NCBI GenBank assembly: GCA_046563655.1
Contig: CM102288.1
Location: 3,658,001 to 3,722,000 of the forward strand
Direction: 5' to 3'
Length of the DNA: 64,000 bases
Source: Yuukianura sp. NJ FZ-2021
Taxonomy: Eukaryota
Shown here piece after piece: positions 1 through 13,219 of the stretch. Each line of letters begins with the position of its first letter. Position 1 is the stretch's first letter. Under the pieces are notes generated by a model, which was not told the DNA's origin, made no database searches, and was given only the letters and a program-made list of their open reading frames with translations. A program made the translations under genes and the position numbers.

Positions 1-163
1 TAAAGTAAATTTCAATTCAAATTTTCTAAAGTTACTTTTTTGATTTTGAACTTTAGAATTAACCACAGTTTTCAAATCAGTTTCAAAATGTAAAAAACCA
101 TTAACCTGGAAATTAAGGTGACAAGTTTTTAAATCTTTTTTAATTGGAAAAAAATGTTCTCAC

Positions 164-257
164 CGTCATTTTCGGATCTTCCGTGGACAAAATCACCTTG
201 CAGAATCAAAACGCAAAGCGACACGAACAACACGAAGCTTGAAAATTTTGGCGCCAT
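164..257 (-). CDS. First coding exon of a secreted or membrane protein (signal peptide); gene continues off the left edge
   Basis: ATG at 257 encodes MAPKFSSFVLFVSLCVLILQGDFVHGRSEND (basic n-region, hydrophobic core, VHG/R-type cleavage site). A GTGAG donor follows at 163. Confidence 0.55.
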
Positions 258-757
258 TTTGATTTTATTTTGCCCGTGCCTATGTAAAACGTTATAACAA
301 AAGTTCGCACGAGGATTGGAAGCCAAAATCGGTATCACTCTTCAAAATCCAATAAAAGTTAAATTTATATTTAAAATTTAACGCAATAATAACATTTTCA
401 AAATTTTGAAGTGTTGCACACCGACACCATTGTTTAAACCACATCCTCGTCCGCTTCCTTTCTTTTCAAAATTTCAATTTCCGCCAACAAAACAAACATT
501 TCAAAAGGAAAACGGAAAACTAAACCCCAATCCTCTAAAAAAACCAAAACGGAAAAAACTTTAATTTGCTATTTTTGTTAAATTAAAGTTTAGAATGAAC
601 AACATGTACGAAAACATCAAAAAAGAGACTCTCTAAAACCCTTCGGTTTAACAAACTTTTTCAAACTCTCCGAGGCTAAAATGCTCCAAAACTAAAAAAA
701 CGACTCTGTTAAAGATTATGACTGAACACGGAATGCAGAAATGTAGTTGATTGACAA

Positions 758-3561
758 TTAAGTTGATGATGATGGAATGTTAAAGTATCTCATGAGTGGT
801 TGGAGTCCAGAGGACTCTATGGACAACTTAAGGGCTCTGTTATGTTCTGGACTTCCCGCCGGTTCTAGGATTAGACACTCCCGTCCTATCCTCATAATGT
901 TCAGAATGTCTTCGAATTGTTTGCGTCCAGTAATCGCAAAATCGGACGCTGGATCGGACATGCGTCGTTTTGCTTCTACCAGAAACGTCATCAGGAGTCC
1001 TTCATGGAAAAAGTACAGGAGGTTACCTAAAAAAAGCTAAAAGTTAGTTTAAACAGTTAAGTTAAAGTTAGATCAGTTTAAATTTTTACCACGAATTCGG
1101 TTGTTGCCGGGTCGGAGGATATCGACCACGTCAATACAAGATCGACAGAGTGCAATTTGCTGGTGGGAGAGTCTGAGAGCTTCATCTTCATTGACAATTT
1201 CCAGTAGTTGGTTGATGACCATGATGAGAGCATACTGGATGTTCATGATGTAAAAGTGATTTTTATGTAAAATCTTGCCACGATACTTGGCCAGTACTTT
1301 CTGGAGGTTCTGATACTCCTGGAACAATGAATTCTCCACAGCAGCATTCTCTACGTCAGTCTGAACAGTTTTGAGGAGATCCATGACCTGAGAGGCCACA
1401 ATGATAAAGTCACACCGTGGAGCCAAGTTGCAGAGCCAGACGGAAGAGAGGTCCAGGCTAAGTGGATTTCCTGGAAGGAGTTGCCCAGTGGGGCACTTGG
1501 GACACTTAAGGGCAGAGTAGAACGTAGAATGCTCAAAGGGGTCCATGCAACGACGACAAGTACAGGCCAAGTAGTAGCTCTCCAGCAGTTCCGAACGACG
1601 CTGGAAGGTTCCTCGGGTTACTAAACAAAGTCAAACATAGTACTTTTCAAAAAAAAAGTTCAAAATTGGATTTTGAAATTTCAAAATTTGGAAAGTTACC
1701 ATCAACTAAGCAGTTACTGAGGACGTGACCTTTGGGAATGTGCGTGGACGCTACAACAGTAATCAGGAAATTTTCTGTTCCAATTCCTGTTTGAGAAATG
1801 ATACAACGCGTGTTGGGTTTACAGTCATGCGCAAGGAGTCCTGCTTTGTAGAACAACAGAGTCGATTTTCTAAAAATTCAGAAAAATCAAACATGAATTT
1901 TTGAAAATCAACTTTTTTGAAACTTTTGTCTTACGTTATTTCATTATTTTGAACTTCTGTGATAGGATAAGCAGATGGATTCCAAGTATTGAGACTATGG
2001 ACAGTGTTGATTCCTACAACACGATTAATCGTTTCCACATCAAACTGCTTAAGGTGACACTCCTGCTGAATGAACTTGCAGAGAGCTATGGTCGTAGAGA
2101 CTGCGTAGAAGTTGCCTGATCTCACTTCGTCATGTGGGTCAAGGTCCATGATCTTCTGCCATCTCTCAGGATCCTTGTCACGCAGGAGCAGACTGCGCAG
2201 GACTTTAATCTTTTTGTATTCATTGGTATGCACAATGGGAGCAACGGGATTGTTTGCAAATACTTCACATTCGTATTCAGCGTGGTCTGGATGCTAAAAA
2301 ATAAAATCAAAATTTCATGTTAATTTTCAACTTTCTGAAATTTTCCAACTGTTCTCGGAATTTTCAAGGTCATGTGGAAATTATTCTGGGGTTACAACTT
2401 TTTTTAAAGTAAAGCCGCTTCCAGACATCATTGTTTTGCAAAAACTTGGCAAATATTTTTCTGCCTAACACAAGTGTTTTTTTTAATATTTGCAACATGG
2501 TTGAAAATTTCCAACATGTTAAAATGGTAAATTTGAATTTTAAATCTGTCGCTTTAATCTGGGAGCACTTTAACTCTGAAGAACAAAGGCGCCATGACCT
2601 TTGACCTGACAGAAATTCATAAGCAATATCCAAATCTAATTAACAAACTAATTAATTACTTACTTTTTCACACTCGAGGTTACACATAGGGAATCCGCAT
2701 TTCGTACACTTATAATTCGTCTGAACATTTCTGCAACAACTGAGACAAATACTTGTAAATTTTTGGCTACTCGGTGGCTCCTTTCCATTGGTTGTGCTGG
2801 ATTTCCTTTTCACAAAGAAGTCCACTGGCATCGGTCCACCAATCAGCGGCGTTTCCTGCAAAATTATTTCGCCCTCGGCAATATCCCGAGTTGCCACGAG
2901 TTGACGTTGGTGTCGTTCTGAAATCAAATTCAAAATTGAAGCAAACTGACACTGGACATTCAGCGAGAATTCTTTTTTGAAATATTTGAAATTCGCGGTA
3001 AATTTTAGGAGAACACGACGTACCGTCAATGCGGATAGCTCCATGATGCGAAATGGCTGCGGAGTGACGACGTTTCCGTAGATGCTTGGCAACTTCGCTC
3101 GGTGGTGGGTCAGCTATCAAATCCATATTTGGTGATGGATTGGATGGTGGAGGGGTGGGGCGGATCGGAACTGGTGGGGCTCTGCTGATATGTGGTGGGG
3201 CTGGTGGTGGGGTTGGTGGGGACGACGACGGTGGAGACGAATCCGACGGAGAAGGACTTCGGCTCGGTCGCTGATTTTCACGTAGAAGGTGATGACGCAG
3301 TTTTTTGTGCTGGTGATGCTGGATGGCTTCCGTTTGCTCTTCTTGTGACATTCGCGGTGGTTCACGGAGCATCTGATACATTGATTTGGTAGTAGAACAT
3401 TTGTTGCACCCTGGCGCCTGCGCAGATCCGGCGATTCTGATTGGACTATCCAACTCTCCGTCACATGTTGGACACTTTTGCAATGGCATTCCACCTCCTC
3501 CGGTATCTCTCGTCATGTCAACTGTTCCATTTTGTCTACACAAGTAATCTCTGAGGGCCAT
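758..3561 (-). CDS. SMYD/SmydA (msta-like) SET-MYND domain protein with Pro-rich N-terminal extension
   Basis: GT-AG exons in consistent phase: 3561-3024, 2917-2664, 2293-1935, 1869-1700, 1620-1090, 1026-758. Motifs: LVATRDIAEGEIILQETP (SET-N), CLSC..CTKCGFPMCNLEC..H..EC (MYND), LLAHDCKPNT, post-SET CTCRRC and a helical C-terminal domain. Confidence 0.88.
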
Positions 3562-5979
3562 ATGCTTATTTCAACAGTATTTCAAAAGATACTGGATACT
3601 GGATGACTAGAAAAGGAACAAAAGCAATCTAGTTTAGGACGACTTTTGAACCACCTTGTACAACTGACAACGCTGAACTGGAACATTGTCTAATCACTTC
3701 AAGTCCAAACTCAGTCGAGTCATACTGTACTTAGTTTGTACTTTCACCTGCCTACTGGAATACTGAAAGTACTTTAGTACTTGACTCCCAGTATGCTGGT
3801 AAAGTTTCACCTTATCAACCCTCTTGTCACCACACTACACTCTTGTAATAGTTACTTCCCCCAACGATAATCGCATGATCAGCAATAAGTGCCGCTGATT
3901 GGGTATCGCTGCTGCGATGAGTGGAATCATCCCATGACGTTTCCCAGGCGCCCTGGAAACGGGAAATTCCAGAGTATGGCAAGGTGCTGGATAATGCTGT
4001 TCATTTCCTGAGTCGTCAACGCTCAACAACCCCACCAAAATGTGCTGCCAGTACATCCAGTACATATACTGTTATTGTTTCGTTGTGAATCAAACATTCG
4101 ACCAATCGTATCGCTTTTATACTAGAAATGGAGGCGGAGTCAAGTTTAGCTGTTTTAGTTTTTTTTTACGTTTCCAGCGAAATGCGTAATTGTGATCAAA
4201 ACGCTCATCAGCGATAAGTGTTTGCACTCTGCACGGTAGTGAGAACCTTATGACTAGGTTAAGCTGGAGGTCAAAGGTCATCTGACTCTGGAAGTGGTTA
4301 GGTTATCACTTTTATCTTAATTTGGAGTAAACAATGATGCTATATTTGACAACGGGGAAGTGGAAGTTAGTGGAAAGTCCTACTTTGGAGTAAAAACCAC
4401 TTTTAAAAGTAATCGGCATATTTTTTATCGATTTTTGTCAAGTGACCATTTGTCAGTCAGTGTCGTACGTTAACTTTGGAACTATTTACTTACCTTTTAA
4501 GTTTAAATCGTATGAGCAAGTGAAGTGCGTAATCAGTTTCAGCAACTAGTTGACCTTTGACCTAAGATAAGACAAAATGGACAGAATTATCATTACAGTC
4601 ATTACAATGTGAAGATGAAACTAAAAATTTGGATTTTCAATACTTTCCATTTTTTAAAAATCGGTTTTCTATTTTACTACATCTAAAGATTTTTGGAAGG
4701 TTGTTTGGGTTCTGTGAATCATGCGGTGAATTAATTACTTGAATTACGAAATACTTTTGAATTACTTACAGGATTGAATTACTTTTGCTTTTGAGTTGAT
4801 GCTGGAAATAATTCGCAATTTTTATGATTGTTTTTTACCATTCGCTCTGTTCCGCGTGCTGGTTGACACTGAAAGCTTCCAAAAAGTTGAACCCTGTGAC
4901 TTGGTTTAATTGCTGTTTGGAGTGGTTTTTCCACGTGGGTCCAAAGGTCACACGATCACAACTTCTGGTGACACAATAGACTTCATGCTCACAGGTTTCG
5001 TGATTATCCAAAGCAATATGGCAGGGGGATGGGGGCTAAGTGGGTGGGGCCGCATGGTACAATGTCCAATTCCACATAACAATCATCAAAACTAAAGCAT
5101 TTTCATTTCCAAACGAAATTTTCAGATTTTTCAAAATTCAGATAGAATTTCTTTGTAGAAAGTTCAAATGTAAAAACACTTTCACTTTAGAATCAGAGAA
5201 AGTTCTGAAGTTCAAAAGTCAGTTTTGGTTTATCAGGTGCGACTTGTGAAAATTCCGTAAAAGAGAACACGCGTTTTTGAAGAGTTCAAAATTTCACTAT
5301 CATATCAGCCTGGAACTTTTGAAACCAAAATTACAAAATTTTGAACTTGGTAAAATTGAAATTTACGACAGCGGGTTTGATGTGTTTATCGAAATGGATT
5401 AAAAGTGCGAATTTGATTTATAAACCCTATTGCTGCACATTTTGAATCAAAACAATTGGAAATTCAGAAGGACACATTTTTTGAAGTGTTATTGAAAAAA
5501 TGGACTTTAGTCTTCATAAAATTCGCAATTTGCAGATTTTGGTTTTACTGTTGACAATTTGCAATTGGAATTTTGCACGAATCGAATTTCAGCCTAGTAC
5601 TTCACTGATAGAACTGCGTCGTTCAGTTGTACTAAATAAGTTAGATGCAAAACAAAAACAACCTAAAAAAACAGCAGTGAGAAAAAAAAAGGACTTTGAA
5701 CTTTGTTTTTCAATGTTTAAAACGTGATGTTTTAGCAAAAACAAAATTCCGATGCAAAAATGGCTCCGATTTGGACGTTCCAATTCAAAATATCTAAATT
5801 GTTGGCGGGAAAACTCCGAACTTCCGAATTCGGTTTAAAATTTTCGAAATTGGTGGCTTGGTGTCTTGGCATTGAAGCATTTACAGTCAACATTTTGGTA
5901 ACTTTTTGTCCAACAAATTCAAATCTTATGCTCAATCTCGCCAAAAAAAACTTGCAAGGTGAAAGGTCACGATTTTAAA

Positions 5980-8900
5980 ATGTCAGAACTGAGGAAAGTC
6001 AGCAGCGAATTCATTTTACTTCGTGAATCAGATGAGCAGTTACGTCGCCGCGTGAGTCAGCGACGCAAAAGTATCAATGTAGGGACCTTCACGCGTGGAG
6101 TGTCTGCGTTACTCCAAGAAGATGATTTTCAAGGTCACCGTGACCTCCATGGCATTCTTGTCCACGATGACCCCGATGACCTCAACATCTCCGTCAGTCA
6201 ACACTCCTTCGTGAGGAGGATCCATACGAGAGAAGGTGTGCTGACCTTCAACCCCAACACGGTCATCGTCACCCCTGACCTTGAAGTGTGGTGGATCACG
6301 AGTCCAAAATGGCGGAGATTTTCTCCGCTCTTTTGCTTCTTCTGTATCGTCACTGCCCTTTCTCACTTGATATTTGCAACTATCTTGTTTGTTGACGATG
6401 ATGACCATCACATTCCGAATCCCTATGTATGTGACACTGCAAACTGCTTGAGGATTGGTGACTGGATGAGGAGGTCAATGAACTTGACCCTTGACCCGTG
6501 CCAAGACTTTTATGGCTACATGTGTGGCAACTATCGTGACGAAGATGACCAAATTGCAAATCAGGAGCAGCGAGCGCCACCGGAACTGCAAATGTGGCTA
6601 TCAAGCAGTGCCACTTTTGGAGACGACATTCTCGGTATTATTCAAAATTTTTGAAATGTCAAAATTTCAGATTTTCCAACTCAAAATCCAGTTTGTGATT
6701 GAAATTTTTCCGAAAATGATAGCCAAAGTTCTGAGGAAACCAGAAACTGATCGTGTTTTGAAATTTTACAAATCGTGTTTGGATCAGCGTAAGTTTTCAA
6801 AATTTGGGTTTCAAATCAAGTCAAATCTATTTTGATCAGTTTTTTTTAACTTTTTTGGAAAAATTTTTAGGTAGTAGAGAAAAGGAAGGCTTGAGTCCGT
6901 TCATTGACCTGTTGGACGAAATTAAAATTTTCTCTACCAAAGACCTCAATTTCATAGCTGCCCGTGTATCAAATTACACCGGAGATTTCATGTTCTTTGA
7001 CTATTGGTATGGTCATGGACGGGCAATCACGGTACATACCATGTGACCTTACATATATAACACATCAGTAGCTCAGCATGACCTTGACCTTTGACCTCTA
7101 AGGTTGATGCAATGCCAAGGTCAATCCTGGAGATGATTGCAAACGACCAAGACAAAAGTGTCCAAGATCTGACAAATTTATTTGCTGCTCTGGAGAATGT
7201 CGTGGTCAAAATTGGAAATGTCACAAATTTTGTCCAGCCGTTTTCAGATGGTCGAATTGCAGCCACTTCTGTCCAAACTTTGTGTCAATGTTTGCTAAAA
7301 ATCTACAAAGAATGTGACCAGGTTAGGTAAATAACTTTTACATAAACAACGATTACCTCAACACAAGTTTCTGTCAACAGGCAAATGGCGAAAAACTTGG
7401 AAATGTGACAGCACAGGACAAAGTGCTGTTTGATTTCAAAGTGGCTTTGATGAGGGCAGAGGAAATCGGATTCAGTGAGGTCAACCACACCTATTTTTAT
7501 GATAAACCGAGAGACGCTTGTCTACTTGACCTGGACAAAGGTCAACTTCATAAACTCCCGGCATGTTTGCAACTGGAAGGCTTCGATGACGCTCAAATAC
7601 GTTTCAGTTACCGTATGCAAAAAAAAAGTCATTTTTCGATAGTTTTTTGAATCTTACTACAGTTCCGAAAAATTGTAATGTTTTAGGTGTTTTATGGATT
7701 CTGCGAATTTTTCTGTCATTTGCAAACGATTTAGATTGGAAAACATTCCAGAAAATTTTAAATCCGCAAAACAACCCGCGCTTCACGTCGCATCTTTTTT
7801 CAGATGCTGTGGAATTTCGACGCTCATGGTCCGAAAATTTAAAAAAATATGGTAAATGATGTCCTATGCGTTTTTTTCAGAATTTTTTTTAAATTTTGAA
7901 AATTAGGATTGAAACGCAATGTTTCAAGTCATTGGCGACAAATTACGGTTTTCTGGCTTTCGAAGCGTTTGCCAAAGATTTTGAAACTGGAAATACAGTG
8001 AAACATGTAAGGAAAAATCAACAAAATTATTAGGCATGAAGTAATTTTCAAATTTCTCGCAAATGGAAATTGTTTAGATTCAAGAATACGTTCGAAGAGA
8101 GCAAAGAATTTTGAGAAAATGGATCGCTCAAGGGAAATTTAGTCATTTGACGTCAGAAGATCAACTTTTGCTGTCAAATTTAACACAACCGGAAGTTGCA
8201 CTTAATGTCGAAGTTGCCCAAAAATTGTACAGTTTTGCCGAAATACAATCCCCTTTGCGTAATTGGGACCCAAATCCAAGAACCTACTTTTCAAATGTCG
8301 TGACGTCTCGACGTTTATCGGAAGAAGAAATGACGCAAGACTGGTTCTACAAAGACACTTTCTCTCCTTGGTAAAAACAACCCAAAAAATTCAAAATTTA
8401 AAAATTCCAAAATTTTGAATTTTATCCAGGAACACCAAAGTAGCCAGTGACCTTCTGCTTGGAATCAAAACAATTCCAGGCGCTCGTCGCAGCACAACGG
8501 ACAACAAAGATTTCATTTACGTTCCCCTCACAATGCTAACGTTCCCGTTTTCGCAAACGGATTTTCACGCGTTGAATTACGCCGGAGTTGCATCGTTTGT
8601 GGCAAGGGAAGTTCTGCGTTTGAGTTTGCGTACAACGACTTTAGAGAATTTGTCAGGTCAAGAAATTTCTGCTATTAGCAGCAATGTAGGAAATTCTTCG
8701 TCACAGTGCGACTGTGTCGTCGATGACCAAAATTTGACCCAGAAGTGCCACTCGTCCTACGCACTTCACAATCCAGGTCAACCTTGTTTTGATCCTACCA
8801 GAACAAATAAATTTGCATCCGCACTGGCAATTAAACTGGCGTTTGAAGCACTTCAAACAAGGGAAGGAGTGGAGTACCGATCCAAAGTACCAAAAGATCC

Positions 8901-9392
8901 GAAACAAGTCAACCGAACTGTAGAGGTCACTTACCGAAAAAACAATGGAGGTCACGAGGTCACTGAAGAGTTCCATGCCTATGACATAGCAAATGACACG
9001 ATCATGAAAAAAGAAGGTTTTGAAAAATCGCAATTGCGGATGCGTGAAGTAGCCGATTTGCGTCTCGCACCAAAGTGGCTCAAAGGATTCGAAAATTACA
9101 GTCAAAATCAACTTTTCTTCATGGAGTTTCTACGCGTAAGTTTGGAAAACTAAAAACAAACTTTTTCAAAACTTTTTTTGTGTTTCGAAATTTTGATTTA
9201 ATTTTAGCTTCATTGTTACCGACGTGACCTCCGGTACCAGGAGAATGTCAACTCGATCATTGCGCAAGTATCGGAATTTGCAAAAGCTTGGCAATGTCCC
9301 GCCGGAAGCAAAATGATTGCAGAAAAACCATGGTTTCAGAATTGAAAATATGAAAGTTGAATTTACCGTTTTCAATTTTGAATTTTAGGTAA
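5980..9392 (+). CDS. Neprilysin-like (M13 family) type II membrane protein, probably non-catalytic
   Basis: N-terminal TM segment (FFCIVTALSHLIFATILF), CDTANC, SMNLTLDPCQDFYGYMCG, FYKSCLD, ALNYAGVASFVAREV, QLFFMEF and EFAKAWQCPAGSKM. About 10 GT-AG exons join in frame, and the CDS ends KPW* across a final intron. Confidence 0.85.
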
Positions 9393-9558
9393 GATTTTAC
9401 GCCGTTCACAAAAAACACTAATAATTTTAATCAGTGTGGAATAAAAACAAAAGTTCAGGCATTGCATACAACGTTGTGTAACTGTTAAAGTTAATTTTAG
9501 GTACTTGTAAATTAACAAGTTAATTAAATTTTACTATAAAATTAATTAATTGACTGAA

Positions 9559-10745
9559 TTAATTGATGTTTTCACTTGTAAGAGTCAATGAAGAAATGAT
9601 TGATCGTCTGTTGGGATTCACACCAAGATTTTCCCAGTTGATCCAAGAGAGTCTTGCTGTCAAATCTGGCAAAATTTGGAACTTCATAAAACCTCAATTT
9701 CAAAATTTCGAAATTTTGGATTTTCTTGAAACTTTACCGCTAGTATTCCATTCCGATGCACGATCACACTTGAGTTCTCCTTTGAGTGACTTTTCAACAT
9801 AAGTGAGTGGATCGTATTTTGATACGAGAACTTCACGCAGAAGTGCAATGTACGCAATTGCGAGTCGCAGAGTATCGATTTTGGATAAACGTTTTTCATA
9901 AGGGAAAGTCGGAACACTCAGGCGCAAAGCATCAAAAGCTGAGTTGATACTGCAAGTTTTCAAAAGAATAAGCCAGATTTTCAAAATTTCGTTAATAGTT
10001 TTTTGACTTTTGAAGTTTTTGAAATGTGATTTTGATCAGACCTTGGAACAGACCTAAGCATCCGTTTCCTCTCCCGTACGTTAGCGGTATGACGCTGCAC
10101 TTTGTAGCCACTTCCGGTCTGTCCACCACCGTAGTAACTCTCCTCAGCCCCGCCCTCCAGCTCATCTACGTCAAATTTCGACCAATCAAATCTCTTGTTT
10201 CAATTTTCTAACCAATCAGCGTCAGTCTCCGTCTTCACTTCTCAGAGCAAATTTTAAAGCATGAAAGAAGCATTCTACGCAAAGATTTGTTTTGTGAAGA
10301 CCTTTTTTTTTAAATTTCTTTGGAAAAATTCATATTCGCATCAAAATTTTGGAAACTTGAGAAAGCCATAATCGTTTCAAAAAGTTTTTTAAACTTTTCA
10401 ATTTTTATAAGAAATTTGATACAGAAGGCAGCTGAGCTTACCTGTCACTGCACTGTTGTTTGTTCCATACGCTGACAACTGCCCCCCGCTGGCCCCTTGA
10501 GTCTGATTGTTCCCTGACATGTCCATGTCCATTCGTCTTGGACACCCCGTGCCACTTCCATACACACAAGACTGGAGTAAGTCCTCATCCACCTCGTCCA
10601 TATCCAGAGTCCCACCCGGTGGGGCGTAGCCACCAAACTGATGGTGGTGGGTGACCTCTAGATTGTGGAAGTGAGTGTCGTACTCCTGGAGGTCAGAGGC
10701 TGATCTGGGACTGGAATGCATTCGGAAGTGACTGTAGGAGTCCAT
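9559..10745 (-). CDS. Fer2: PTF1-family bHLH transcription factor, Fer2 (48 related 2 / HLH-13) type
   Basis: Exons 10745-10442, 10165-10054, 9949-9738, 9665-9559. bHLH reads [59 protein letters not shown], followed by C-terminal [19 protein letters not shown]. Confidence 0.88.
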
Positions 10746-11492
10746 TCCGTTTTATACTTGCTCTGGAACCCCTTCCAGCAAAAGAAATGTTTTTGAAGTT
10801 AAGAAGCTGTGAGGATGATGAGAGTCACTTGAGAGGGTGGGTTGCGGTGGGACAAAGGACCCACGACAGCTAACTGCGTCTGGAATTGAAATGACACGAC
10901 CAGAGCACCTACCTGCTCCTGACACTTCCAGCTCACCAAAGGACGCAATTCAATGGAACCCACTTTTATTTTATCCGTCTCTGGACTGGTTCCACAAAAT
11001 ACCCGGGTAACTTCCTCCCCCCGGAGGAGCAGAGCACAAAAGGGGCGGGTGAGCAGGGCCTTTCTCCATAGCCTTTGTGTTCTGCTTTCTCTCCGAAGCT
11101 CCTCCCCTTGTCAACCCAAAAGACTCTTCCTACTACAGTCCAACTTTTTTTGTCCTAAAACCTGGTTCAAAATTTCGAGAATTTCAAAAGTTCAAAAATT
11201 TCAAAATTTGTAAATCTTAAATTCAAATGAGCTAACGACTTTGTGTTATCTATACCATGAACATCCTGAAGTAACTATAGTTTCTCCCATAATTTTTGAA
11301 AGCAACTCTTGAAAAAATTGTAAAACGACAAAGTTCATCAGTCCAAAGTTTTTTTGAACTTTCCAATGAAAATGTTTGCACATTTCGATTCGTTTTTCTA
11401 AAAAAAAACTTGAAATTTTGAGTGAAGAGGATTGGGTGGGGGCGGAGAAAGTTTGAATTTGAAATGATTTTGAAAATGGAGGGAACAGAAGA

Positions 11493-11644
11493 GTTCTGGA
11501 AGTGACAGGAGAGTGCCTGAAAATAATGACTTTGCCAGACATAACTTTTTTTCCGCCTATGTTAGGTTTTGCTGATGTTAGATTTAACAGCTTTCACCAA
11601 TACGGAGAAAGTTGAAAAGTGAAAGTCCCTGTCACTTCCAGAAC
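11493..11644. repeat. 17-bp perfect inverted repeat pair enclosing ~120 bp (MITE-like remnant)
   Basis: GTTCTGGAAGTGACAGG at 11493-11509 and its reverse complement CCTGTCACTTCCAGAAC at 11628-11644. No clear target-site duplication. Confidence 0.5.
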
Positions 11645-13219
11645 AAAAATACCCGCATTTTCAAAAAATCTCTTCCATTAGTCCAGCATTTCACCCGAAT
11701 TTATACAAATTTTGGAAAAACTTCACCATCTAGGAAAAGGCCTACTTTTTTCTCCAAATTCAACCGCAGGGTTTACTTTTTTGTATAACTTTTGAAGTGG
11801 GCGCTGCAAGTGAAAAGTGGCTTCTTTTTTTTGAAAGGGATGAAAAGGGGGAGGGGCCCTTGGAGTTTCTTTTTGAAGGGACCCCTTTGTTGAAAAGTAA
11901 AAGTTCCGATAGACACGCGACTTGGCACGTGACCCCTGGACAAGATGCTTCCAATCATCATGTCATGGACCCAAATTGAGATTTCACGGCTTGTGGCCTG
12001 TTTGTAAATACTCGGTGTGCGGCTTTAAGGGCCCTGGGAGCCCTGCACCCTATGTTTCGCAACAGATTTTCTGCTCCAAGGACCCTTATCCAATTTGACA
12101 TGTCCCATTGTGAGCAAGTGCTACTCGAGGCTTCGTGGGTACTTAAGGGCTCCCAGACCGAGTCAACTTCAAATTCAGAAACCGCGCGTTTTTCACTTGG
12201 TCGGTTCACAATCAATTTATAACAAAAGAGCTTAAAATAAAGTACCACAAACGAAAGGCGACACGCTTCGGCTTCAGAAATGAAGCGCTAGCAGCGACCG
12301 AGCGCTGCGTAGCGTTTGATTTTATTCATGGAGATTTTAAATCAATCATTTCAGTTTCAGCGCTTTTTCAAATCCTTAGTTCCGAATTCAATTCTAAATT
12401 TTTCAAATTTTGGTGCCATCTTTATTTTATGTGATAAATTTTCAGATTGTAACTGGCCAATGTTTAGGTTTTCCTGAAATATTATTCTGCTGAATTTCAG
12501 ATTTTCTTGAGAGGTCAAAGGTCAAATTCCAGATTTTGAAATTTTGAAATTTTAATTTCATTTTTCAAATTTTAGTGTTAATGTAATCTTCAAATTTTCT
12601 TGTTTCAAAACTATAATGGAATGAGAATGTTACCGATTAGAACTACTCACTTTGTTGAGCTGACCTTTGAGGTCAAAGGTCAAATTTTGAAATTTCGAGA
12701 TTTTGAATTTTCGAGCTACTTTGAATTCAAAACCTTTTAATCCACTTTGAAGTTCAATGGTTCCCAAAAAATTTGTATTTGCAAAAGAGATGATGGTTTT
12801 GAAAACAAAAGAAACGATTCAAAAAAGATTTAGTTTTTAGTTCCCTTAAGGGTCCCCCAAAATAGTTCCCACAGTTTCACCCCCTCCCCCTTCAGTTTTG
12901 GCGGGAAAAGGGTGGGAATTGGCAAAAAACTGTTATTAGTAACAGTTATGTCTCGATAGGTCCCTTGACCCCCCACCCAAGGGTACCCCCCGCTTGATTG
13001 ACTTTGAAACACACAATTACGTAATTACATGGTGAGTAACACTTTGACAACAATGGGTTGCCCCTTGTACAAAGGGTGGGTGGCCACTTAAGTCCTCTCC
13101 CCTCCTCTCCACACACTTTCCCAGGGTCCCTTTAAGTACCCTTACAAACTTTTATTGTTCAAAAAACTTTTTTGAAAAGTTTTGATTTACCGATTAGCGA
13201 TTTTTATTTTGAAAATTGT

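Noticed and set aside
7820..7910. Apparent frameshift in the neprilysin-like gene using the GTAAAT donor at ~7852
   Set aside because: A phase-2 donor (TG|GTCCGA, ~7829) restores the frame and gives RRSWIETQC, matching the RW..C motif.
9325..9445. Non-canonical last intron that would give a KPCKIL ending with a conserved Cys
   Set aside because: It needs a GG donor or acceptor. The canonical GT-AG join gives a sensible W* ending, so there is no support without reads.
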